64,000 nt of DNA from Candidatus Pyrohabitans sp. JdFR-17. GTDB taxonomy: Archaea > Hydrothermarchaeota > Hydrothermarchaeia > Hydrothermarchaeales > BMS3B. The stretch lies in assembly GCA_002011115.2 (NCBI GenBank), contig MTME02000068.1:606-64605 (forward strand), given 5' to 3'. Below are positions 18,022 to 26,032 of this stretch, piece by piece. The notes below the pieces were generated by a model. That model searched no databases. It worked only from the letters and a program-made list of their open reading frames with translations, and had not been told where the DNA came from. The position numbers and the translations under genes are program-made. Numbering within the stretch: the stretch's first letter is position 1; each line of letters begins with the position of its first letter.

Positions 18022-19506
18022 ATGAAAACAAAGTATCTTTTAATTTTTGCAATAGCTGCAGCAATGGTACTTAGCACCGTCAACGCCCAGCAATTTAAAG
18101 AACCAGGTGCACCTTGTCTGAGCTGCCACGATACTGTGACCCCGGGCATAGTGAAGCAGTGGGAGGAGAGCAAGCACAGTAAGGTTGGGGTAAAGTGCTA
18201 CGTATGCCACCTCGCCAAGGATGACGACCCAGCCGGCTTTGAGCACATGGGATACAGGGTTACCGCCGTAGTTTCGCCGCGCTACTGTGAAAGCTGTCAT
18301 CCCAAACAGGTAGCAGAGTTTTCAAAGAGCAAGCACGCTTGGACGGCATTCATAGGACCACTGAAGCCCTGGTACAGAGAGATGGTCAAGCAGGGCAAGG
18401 ACCCGCTGAAACTTGAGACCGCCCTCGAGGTCAATCCTAGGGACTTCATTAAGGACAAGCTTACACCGCTTTATCCGGATAGCGGCGCTCTGAAACGTGC
18501 TGGTCTGCTTGATAGCAAAGACTACTACCACGAGAACCAGGTGCTTGGCTGCCTTGAGTGTCATGGTACCTATGTCATTGCTAAGGACGGCAAGATTCTA
18601 GACGGCTGGCCCAACAATGGTATCGGCAGGGTTAATCCCGACGGCACTATGGGTACCTGCTCGGCCTGTCACACCAGGCACAGGTTCAGCATAGCAGAGG
18701 CGCGCAAACCTGAGACCTGCGGTCAGTGCCATCTCGGCCCAGACCACCCGCAGATAGAGATATACGAGGAGAGCAAGCACGGCAATATCTACGCGAGCAG
18801 CGGAGAGCACTGGAATTGGGATGTGCCACCTGGACAGTGGGGTCCGGAGGATATAGCGGCGCCCACCTGCGCAACCTGCCACATGTCCGGCTTCGGCGGT
18901 GTGGTTGAGAGTACCCACGACGTTGGCGCGAGGCTCTACTGGGAGCTCCAGCCCAAGAAGTCAGTGCCTCAGTGGGACGACCCGAGCTTAGTGCCTCTGG
19001 GCAAGCAGAAGCCTGACGAGGAGCAGGCGAAGAAGGGCAGAGCTGAGATGAAGAAGGTCTGCAGAGTGTGCCACGCCAGCGACTGGGTTGACGGCTACTT
19101 CGAGAGCTTCGACAAGGTGGTGAGCGACTACAACAAGGTCTACGAATACACTGAGAAGCTCCTTAACACCGCATACGAGGAGGGCTTGATAGACAAGTCA
19201 AACCCCATCGACGAAATTCCAGAGATAATGTACTACTACATCTGGCACCACGATGGTCGCAGGTGGAGAATGGGCGCCAGCATGATGGCACCAGACTGGA
19301 CACACTGGAACGGTGCAGTTGACGCGCTATTGGACAAGCTCAACATGATGGAAGAATGGATAAAGATGCAGCGCGAGAAGAAGCAGCTTGAAGAGCGCGT
19401 GGCAAAGCTTGAGCAGAAGAAGGGCGTGTGCGGACCAACAGCGATTGCTGCAATAGCTCTGCTGCCACTCGCTGGCTACGCAGCGCTGAGGAGAAGGAAG
19501 CTCTAA
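18022..19506 (+). CDS. Octaheme cytochrome c, hydroxylamine-oxidoreductase (HAO/epsilon-Hao-like) family, C-terminally anchored
   Basis: Signal peptide and eight CxxCH motifs (CLSCH, CYVCH, CESCH, CLECH, CSACH, CGQCH, CATCH, CRVCH). HLGPDHPQIEIYEESKHG block. C-terminal coiled coil, then CGPTAIAAIALLPLAGYAALRRRKL. Confidence 0.75.
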   Translation: MKTKYLLIFAIAAAMVLSTVNAQQFKEPGAPCLSCHDTVTPGIVKQWEESKHSKVGVKCYVCHLAKDDDPAGFEHMGYRVTAVVSPRYCESCHPKQVAEFSKSKHAWTAFIGPLKPWYREMVKQGKDPLKLETALEVNPRDFIKDKLTPLYPDSGALKRAGLLDSKDYYHENQVLGCLECHGTYVIAKDGKILDGWPNNGIGRVNPDGTMGTCSACHTRHRFSIAEARKPETCGQCHLGPDHPQIEIYEESKHGNIYASSGEHWNWDVPPGQWGPEDIAAPTCATCHMSGFGGVVESTHDVGARLYWELQPKKSVPQWDDPSLVPLGKQKPDEEQAKKGRAEMKKVCRVCHASDWVDGYFESFDKVVSDYNKVYEYTEKLLNTAYEEGLIDKSNPIDEIPEIMYYYIWHHDGRRWRMGASMMAPDWTHWNGAVDALLDKLNMMEEWIKMQREKKQLEERVAKLEQKKGVCGPTAIAAIALLPLAGYAALRRRKL

Positions 19507-19535
19507 GCTTCCTATTCTTTTTCCTTTTTTGAACA
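19507..19535 (+). terminator. T-rich tract after the octaheme gene
   Basis: cttcctattctttttccttttttg immediately after the stop codon. Archaeal terminators are oligo-T tracts. Confidence 0.4.
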
Positions 19536-19582
19536 TGTTCGCACAAAATTATTTTATAAGCTTATGGGAGTTATTTATCACC

Positions 19583-19702
19583 ATGAAGAAGTGTGGAAAC
19601 TGCCAGCGGAGCGAGGAGGAAGTCCCTATCCTCAAGTACTATCACAAAGGCGATAAGCACTACATCTGCTCGCGCTGCCTGCCAATGCTCATCCATGGTT
19701 AG
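19583..19702 (+). CDS. 39-aa zinc-ribbon protein (below the ORF-track cutoff)
   Basis: Manual translation: MKKCGNCQRSEEEVPILKYYHKGDKHYICSRCLPMLIHG (CxxC...CxxC). Ends 6 nt before the next gene. Confidence 0.45.
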   Translation: MKKCGNCQRSEEEVPILKYYHKGDKHYICSRCLPMLIHG

Positions 19703-19708
19703 GGTACC

Positions 19709-20899
19709 ATGATAACACTGATATTGCGCTTTCTTGCAGCTGCGCTTGTGTATTTTAGTCTATCAATATTTCTGGGTATAGCAGAGATTTTTAATTTTTA
19801 CTTATTTGCCCCAGCCCACGTTCACTTTGCCTTTGTGGGCTTTGTTTGCGGTGTTATCATCGCTACAATGTACCAGCAGGTGCCCACACTAACCGGAGCG
19901 GAGCTTCACAACAATCGAGCAGCGAGGGCGAGCTTCTGGCTTTTCAACGCTGGAATAGTGTTATTCTCAGTAAGCTATCCAAAGTTCAGATTCCTCGCAT
20001 CTGCAGGCGCTTTGCTATTGCTCGTCGCCTTCTATCTTTTCACATACAATGTCATAGCAACCATATCCAGCAGGAAGGGCGAGAGCTACGTATTCAAATT
20101 CTACTCCGCCTCGAGTATTTTCCTGAGCATCGCCGCAACGCTGGGATTTCTGTTTACGGTTAACCCATCGCTAATAAGCTATCGCCCCGCCCATGTTCAC
20201 CTCGCTTTAGTGGGCGGTGTGGTACTTATCATCGCGGGCGCAATGTCCTGGATGCTCCCCATGGTTGTGGTTAAGGAGATTTACAACAAACGCTGGATGG
20301 ACTACGTGTTCTATGCTATTGTGGTCGCATCTCTCGGCTTAGCTTTTGGCCTAGCACTTTCCAAAACCATTGCCCTGCTTTCTGGCGTAGCTTTGCTGGC
20401 TGCTGTCCTGCTCTTCATCTACGACATGGTTAAGAGCTACACCGCTCCGACAAAAGCAGCGTTCAAATCCACGCCTGTGGAGGCCAGGTTCTTCCTTGCT
20501 GCCCTAGCCTACCTTGCGCTTACAATGCTGCTTGGCTTAGCTCTGGTGCTGTCTCACCCGGGCAGAGGCTTTGTGATTGCCCATGCCCATCTCGCCGCCC
20601 TTGGTTTTGTGGTTCAGACGGTGATTGGCGGGCTTTACCATGTGATACCCACGCTTGCATGGACGAAGCTCATAGCCCGCGAGAAGGAACGAGCACCCGC
20701 CTCATTTAAAGAACTTTTCTCAGCCAAGCGCTCACGATGGGTTTTTATAGCTTTTAACGTGGGCACCCTCCTCCTCGCCTCTGGATTTGCTTTTGCAATC
20801 AAAGGTGTAACCCTTTTTGGCGCACTTCTTGTTGCCTTCGCATGCATTGCCTTCGCAGCTGAGATGCTGGGTGTAATAAGGAGAGCTGGCGCTATTTGA
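19709..20899 (+). CDS. 12-TM membrane protein with three repeated AHxH helices (NnrS- or heme-copper-oxidase-subunit-I-like?)
   Basis: 396 aa. H37/H39, H162/H164 and H292/H294 sit in AHVHFAFVG, AHVHLALVG and AHAHLAALG, at predicted TM2, TM6 and TM10. Confidence 0.5.
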   Translation: MITLILRFLAAALVYFSLSIFLGIAEIFNFYLFAPAHVHFAFVGFVCGVIIATMYQQVPTLTGAELHNNRAARASFWLFNAGIVLFSVSYPKFRFLASAGALLLLVAFYLFTYNVIATISSRKGESYVFKFYSASSIFLSIAATLGFLFTVNPSLISYRPAHVHLALVGGVVLIIAGAMSWMLPMVVVKEIYNKRWMDYVFYAIVVASLGLAFGLALSKTIALLSGVALLAAVLLFIYDMVKSYTAPTKAAFKSTPVEARFFLAALAYLALTMLLGLALVLSHPGRGFVIAHAHLAALGFVVQTVIGGLYHVIPTLAWTKLIAREKERAPASFKELFSAKRSRWVFIAFNVGTLLLASGFAFAIKGVTLFGALLVAFACIAFAAEMLGVIRRAGAI

Positions 20900-20991
20900 A
20901 CCTGCGGAAGCTAAGCAATTTAATTTTGGTGAGTATGACCTCCGTTTCGCGTAGCGATAGCTCGCCAATCTCCTTAAGATTGATGAGAGGT

Positions 20992-21120
20992 GCGGCGCCC
21001 TCATACGGTTCGGAAGGGGTGATAGGGGTTACCCGGAACAAAGTTCCGGGTGACGAAGTGGGGAAGGCGACCCATCAGGTACGGATGGGTTGATAGGGGC
21101 GGGGAAGGCGCCCCTATATC
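20992..21120 (+). repeat. Structured hairpin repeat, copy A (long unit then short unit)
   Basis: 21011-21068 is near-identical (one G indel) to 54291-54347. 21082-21120 is related to 54248-54286. Each unit is closed by ATAGGGG...CCCCTAT. Confidence 0.7.
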
Positions 21121-21159
21121 TCAAATTTCTTATATCATAAACCCTAATAGATGTAGGAT

Positions 21160-21630
21160 ATGAGAATTAAAAAACCTGCCACAGAGAACGAACGCGTTCT
21201 CGCAACCTTTTTGCTTGTGTTCATAGTTTATTTTGGGCTGGACTCCCTTGCGTCGCTTGTATTTACAGAGGAGAGTCTATCCTTTCTGAGATATCGCCTC
21301 ACCCTCTCTTTTATTATAGGGATAATCGCAGGAGCGCTTTTCTACCTGTGGGCAAAGCCTGAGGAGGAAGAAAAGCCAGAGGAAAAGCCAAAGGTGCTGG
21401 ACAAGAGCTATGCTATACTTGAGCGCGCCCTGAGCGAGGACGAAGCTTTGCTTCTCGAGATAATAAGGGAGAATGAGGGCATAACTCAGGACTCGCTGCG
21501 GTTCCGCACAGGCTTTTCCAAATCAAAGGTCAGCGCTCTCCTGCTCAACCTGGAGAAGAAGGGAATAATTACCAGAGAGAGACTGGGAAGAACATACAAG
21601 GTTTTTATTGCAGACTGGATTAAGAAGTGA
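21160..21630 (+). CDS. Membrane-anchored winged-helix (MarR-like) protein
   Basis: Two N-terminal TM segments, E/K/P linker, then LLEIIRENEGITQDSLRFRTGFSKSKVSALLLNLEKKGIITRE. Confidence 0.6.
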   Translation: MRIKKPATENERVLATFLLVFIVYFGLDSLASLVFTEESLSFLRYRLTLSFIIGIIAGALFYLWAKPEEEEKPEEKPKVLDKSYAILERALSEDEALLLEIIRENEGITQDSLRFRTGFSKSKVSALLLNLEKKGIITRERLGRTYKVFIADWIKK

Positions 21631-21632
21631 TG

Positions 21633-22892
21633 CTATTCAGAAATTGCACTCCTGTGTCTTACTCTTGCTCGATTTATGGCGAGTATCAATCCTCCCGCCA
21701 TCAACCAGGCGAGGACCAGGCTCAACACGTCCAGCCTTACGCCTGCGAGGGAGAGGACCGGCAAGAACAGACATGCGGCGAAGACGGTCTGCGACAAGCT
21801 CTGGGGTTTAAACATCTTTATGTAAGCCATATTCGTGCTTATCAACATAAGAACGAAGAAGAAGCTGGATATCTGAGCAAGCATCCCCACGCTCGGAAAG
21901 CCGAACATAATACCAGCTAAGAGCACACTCGCTAAGGTGGTGCTAACCTTGAAGTCAACCAAGGACATCGGCAGAATACCGTCGCTCGCCATGGCACTCA
22001 TTATGCGCGAGATTACCAGTATCTGTGCATTGATTACCGACATTGAGCCCAACAGAACCCCAGCAGCAACGATATAGCTGCCCTTTAAACCCAGCAGGTA
22101 TCGCGCCACCTCCGCCAGAGGAATTAAACTGCTCGCCAGCTCAGCTGGCTTTTGCGTTGCAAGGGCAACAGTGGTTACAGCAGTGTATACAAAAATCGCA
22201 ATGAGCAGTGTGGCAAGCATCGCCATGGGTAAAGTTCGTTTTGGATTTCTAACCTCCCCCGCCATGCTGCCCACAACCTCAAAGCCGGCGAAGAGGGTAA
22301 ACGTCAACAGCGAACCCTGGAGCAGCATCTTTGGGGGAGGAAACTCTACCTGCTGAGGCAGTACTTTCCCCTGCAGAAATCCACTTAGAATGACCAGCGA
22401 CACTATAAATAAGGTCGCTGCGGTGAACACCTTCTGCACAAAAACAACCGAACGTATACCTATTAGGTTAAGTATGAGGTAGAAACAGATCACCGCTAAG
22501 CCTGCCCATAAACGTGGGGCGGGGATGAAAATTCCAAGATAGTCCGCAAAGCCTAAGGCGACAAAGGCTCCAGCAGCAGCCGCTGAGAGGCAAAAACTCC
22601 AGCCTATGAAGAAGCCTCCTGCAATGCCGAAGGCACGCTTGACAAACACATATAGTCCGCCGGTGCTGGGGAAAGTGCTCGCCAGCCTTGCGTGGGCGAG
22701 CACCGAAAATAAAAGGCCAAACCCGGTGAAAATGAACACCAGAGGGGCGAGAGAGCCAGCAGTCCCTGCCAGCGGCGCAATTACGGTGAAGATTCCAGGA
22801 CCTACGGTTGCACCGACCCCAATGGCAAGCATATCGCGCAGCGTTAGAACCCGCATGTACTCAGAAATGGCTATTCCTCCTATACCTTTCAA
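21633..22892 (-). CDS. APC-superfamily amino acid permease
   Basis: 419 aa, about 12 TM. N-terminal GVGATVGPGIF motif typical of amino acid/polyamine permeases. Confidence 0.7.
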   Translation of the reverse strand: MKGIGGIAISEYMRVLTLRDMLAIGVGATVGPGIFTVIAPLAGTAGSLAPLVFIFTGFGLLFSVLAHARLASTFPSTGGLYVFVKRAFGIAGGFFIGWSFCLSAAAAGAFVALGFADYLGIFIPAPRLWAGLAVICFYLILNLIGIRSVVFVQKVFTAATLFIVSLVILSGFLQGKVLPQQVEFPPPKMLLQGSLLTFTLFAGFEVVGSMAGEVRNPKRTLPMAMLATLLIAIFVYTAVTTVALATQKPAELASSLIPLAEVARYLLGLKGSYIVAAGVLLGSMSVINAQILVISRIMSAMASDGILPMSLVDFKVSTTLASVLLAGIMFGFPSVGMLAQISSFFFVLMLISTNMAYIKMFKPQSLSQTVFAACLFLPVLSLAGVRLDVLSLVLAWLMAGGLILAINRARVRHRSAISE

Positions 22893-23078
22893 TTATCCCC
22901 GCCTTCTCCAATCTCTTTCTGTAATACGCAGCAGATTTTTCACTTTAAACCCTAAGATTTCTTTCAGCTTAGAGTCGGTTAACCACCTCTCCTTCATTAG
23001 AGCAAGAAGCGCTCTAACTTCTTTATCATTAAGCCGGGGACTGAGACCTTTAACAATTCTGTTATTCAGGCTTACCAA
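22893..23078 (-). CDS. Small hypothetical protein
   Basis: 61-aa ORF abutting the permease start. No recognisable motif. Confidence 0.25.
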   Translation of the reverse strand: MVSLNNRIVKGLSPRLNDKEVRALLALMKERWLTDSKLKEILGFKVKNLLRITERDWRRRG

Positions 23079-23230
23079 ACTTCCTCCCTCTTAAGGATTC
23101 TAACCCTACTTGCTAACTTTCCAACACCATATTATAAATATTCCCTCACTAGTGGGGTTATCGACTAAATCCCCTAATATAGACATTTTTGCTTTTCTCT
23201 TAGCTTGTGTCAGAGTTGTTACGGGAACTT

Positions 23231-24112
23231 TCACCTCTCTGATTCAGCCAAATATACTCCTGCAACTATCAATGCGGCATTGCCTATCATAAACAATGTT
23301 ATTTCTTCTTTCAAGAAAAAATATGCGAATATTACAGTGAACACAGGAACCAAAAAGATGAAAAAACTCGCTTTCGAAGCGTCCATCCTTTTAAGCGCTT
23401 CGAACCAGAACAGGAAGCCGATGACCGTCGGAACCACCGCAAGGGCTAGGATAATACCCCACATATAACTGCTGAGATTTATCAGCGCGTTAACCGGTTC
23501 CACGAAAGGGGTGAAGATGAGCAAAAATATGGAGCCGATAGCGGTGCTCAGGCTAACTATAATGAGCGGCTCCCCATCTCTCAGGCCGATTTTCGAGAGG
23601 ATTATGTAGAAGGCATAGCATATTGCCGAGAGGAGCATCAGGAAGTTTCCATACACGTAATCTGTGATTTCCATTAGAGATGACAAGTCGCCGTTAGTGG
23701 CGATCATCGCCGCTCCGGTTAAGGCGAGGGTTACTCCGCCCGCCTTTCTCATACCCAGACTTTCCTTCAGAAATAATGCAGCCAGTGTTGCTGTGAACAC
23801 AGGACTAGTGGTTTGCAGGACGCTGGATGCTGAGGCAGTGGTGTACTGCATCCCCACGTTTTGGAAGATATTCGGCAGAAAAATGCCCACTAGTCCTAAA
23901 GCTGAGAGCATCTTCAGATTCTTCCTGAGGTAAGCGGACACCTCACCTGGTTTATATCTCGAGTACAGGATTGCTAAAAAGATAATGGAACCTATGAAGA
24001 AGCGCAATGCCGCCATGGTTACAGGGGGAATCTCTTTTAGTCCAACTTTTACAAGGATAAAAGATGAAGCCCAGGCAACTACTGCCGTGAGTATTAAAAG
24101 AATTGGCGACAT
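23231..24112 (-). CDS. EamA/DMT-family transporter
   Basis: 293 aa, 10 TM in two halves, EamA-like. Confidence 0.7.
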   Translation of the reverse strand: MSPILLILTAVVAWASSFILVKVGLKEIPPVTMAALRFFIGSIIFLAILYSRYKPGEVSAYLRKNLKMLSALGLVGIFLPNIFQNVGMQYTTASASSVLQTTSPVFTATLAALFLKESLGMRKAGGVTLALTGAAMIATNGDLSSLMEITDYVYGNFLMLLSAICYAFYIILSKIGLRDGEPLIIVSLSTAIGSIFLLIFTPFVEPVNALINLSSYMWGIILALAVVPTVIGFLFWFEALKRMDASKASFFIFLVPVFTVIFAYFFLKEEITLFMIGNAALIVAGVYLAESER

Positions 24113-24466
24113 TATTAAGACCCTTAAAGGATATTACTTAAGATAGCTCATAACACACCATCTACTGCTTCCCTTACCTGCTAAATTTTACACTATATAA
24201 ATATTACCTCAAAATAACTCTGACTAAGAATTCGCATCCTTACTGCTGTTTTTGCAAAAATATGTATTTTTAGTAATAAAATATTTAATTTTTGATTTTA
24301 TTTTTCTATTATGAAATTACATGCCAAAAAATGCACATTTTTTAAATCATGGACGGTTTTGGACAATTATGTACCCTTCTGTGTGGTTTGTTGTTTTATC
24401 TCCTGCATGGTTGTCTCGGCAAATTATACTCGCCTCTGCGGAAAGGTATATGCCGAGGTGATTGAG

Positions 24467-24868
24467 ATGAAAAAGAGCGCGAAAATTGCAATCGCTGGTT
24501 TGGCGGCACTTCTGCTGGTGGGAGGCATCGCCTACGCCCACTGGGGCTTCCTCGGCGGTGGATACGCAGCCCCTGGGTGGGGCCATGGAATGGGCATGAT
24601 GGGCCCTGGAATGATGGGGTATGGAGGCTATCCTGCCTGGAGCTACGGCTATGGCTTCGGAAAGGAACTAACCGATGAGCAGCGGGCAGAGATACAGGAA
24701 AAGATTCAGGAACTTCAGGAGAAAGGAGCCTACCCGTGGGAGATTCGCACAGAGGTGTTCAAGCTGTTACAGAAGTTCGGCGTGATAGACAATGAGACAA
24801 CCCCAGTGCCAGGCTATGGGTTTGCCCCAGGCTTCTATGGCTGCCCGATGTGGGGGTACGGCTGGTAG
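24467..24868 (+). CDS. Secreted Gly/Met/aromatic-rich protein with LTXXQ motif (ZraP/Spy/CpxP-like metal-stress protein)
   Basis: Start moved to the ATG after the GAGGTG RBS. Signal anchor, then GWGHGMGMMGPGMMGYGG, LTDEQRAEIQEKIQELQ, and C-terminal GFYGCPMWGYGW. Confidence 0.5.
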   Translation: MKKSAKIAIAGLAALLLVGGIAYAHWGFLGGGYAAPGWGHGMGMMGPGMMGYGGYPAWSYGYGFGKELTDEQRAEIQEKIQELQEKGAYPWEIRTEVFKLLQKFGVIDNETTPVPGYGFAPGFYGCPMWGYGW

Positions 24869-24939
24869 CCGTGCCCTTTTTCTTTTCTTATTTAGGAAAG
24901 AGTATTAAGTAGGTAGGAGAATATTATTATGGTGACAGG

Positions 24940-25290
24940 GTGATGAAGAAGTACCTCAGCTACATAGCCTTTGCAATTCTAGGACTCCTGTTGCTCCTGA
25001 CAATTCTATATGAGACTGGCTCCCCGTGGGGCGTGTGCCAGGCGTGGGGCAGCATCATATCCCCCGGCAGCATGGCGGAGATGCACCGTAGGCACATGTT
25101 CGGCTACGGTTTCCATGGATTTGGGCTCCTATTCTGGGTGCTCGTCTTCGCATTTATATACCTGCTGATAGCTGGGAACAGAAAGGAAGAGGAGAGCGCT
25201 ATAGATATACTGAACAAGCGCCTCGCCAGGGGAGAGATCACAAAGGAAGAGTACATGGAGATGAAGAGGGAGATTCTGGGCAAGGACTAG
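24940..25290 (+). CDS. Membrane protein with C-terminal SHOCT domain
   Basis: Two TM segments, then LNKRLARGEITKEEYMEMKREIL. Confidence 0.6.
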   Translation: MMKKYLSYIAFAILGLLLLLTILYETGSPWGVCQAWGSIISPGSMAEMHRRHMFGYGFHGFGLLFWVLVFAFIYLLIAGNRKEEESAIDILNKRLARGEITKEEYMEMKREILGKD

Positions 25291-25937
25291 GGCTCAAGTA
25301 TGCGAACTTCTATGCTCTCATCCTTTTCTGCAACCAGCTTGCGGAAAAGCTCAGGGTCTGCACTGGTCTGGGGGATATAGTTGTAATGCATGGGTATGAC
25401 CACGCTTGGTTTTATAGCCAGCGCTGCTTCTGCAGCCTCACGCACATCCATGGTGTAGTGCCCGCCCGCAGGTAGCAAAGCCACGTCCGCCTTTACGTCG
25501 CTCATCTCAGGTATAAAGTCGGTATCGCCCGCATGGTAAATGCGCACGTCATTTATGCTCACCACCACACCTACGCCTAAGCCGCGGGGGTGGAAGGGTT
25601 TTGCTTTGTTGTACGCCTCCACCGCCTCAACTTTAATCCCGCCAATCTCGACGCTGTCTCCAGCCTTAATCACCCTCACATCACCAGAGCAGCGCCTTGC
25701 ACAGCCCTGCGTTGTGATTATAACCGTCGATGTCTTCATTATCTTGCCTGCGTTCTCCACGGCGCAGTGGTCCGCGTGCTCGTGGGTCATAACTATTACA
25801 TCCGCAGCTTCAGCGCTGTCTGGTATAACGTATGGGTCTATGTAGACAATGCCTGCATTGCCCTTCAGCTTAAAGCTTGCATGCCCGAACCAGGTTATCT
25901 CCACCCCTTTAAACTCAGTAGTGTTCATCTTTATCAC
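25287..25937 (-). CDS. Metallo-beta-lactamase-fold hydrolase (UPF0173-like)
   Basis: HEHADH motif. 216 aa. Confidence 0.7.
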   Translation of the reverse strand: MIKMNTTEFKGVEITWFGHASFKLKGNAGIVYIDPYVIPDSAEAADVIVMTHEHADHCAVENAGKIMKTSTVIITTQGCARRCSGDVRVIKAGDSVEIGGIKVEAVEAYNKAKPFHPRGLGVGVVVSINDVRIYHAGDTDFIPEMSDVKADVALLPAGGHYTMDVREAAEAALAIKPSVVIPMHYNYIPQTSADPELFRKLVAEKDESIEVRILEP

Positions 25938-26032
25938 CCCTTAATAATACTCCGCTGGCGAAGGATAAGTAGTTTTTGACATCTTCACCTTTATATATGC
26001 AGAACGACAGAATATTATAGGAGATATTATCC

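Noticed and set aside
20896-21093. 65-aa ORF overlapping repeat copy A
   Set aside because: It has a TTG start and no RBS. The near-identical core at 54291-54347 is not in a comparable ORF, so the conservation is at the nucleotide/structure level.
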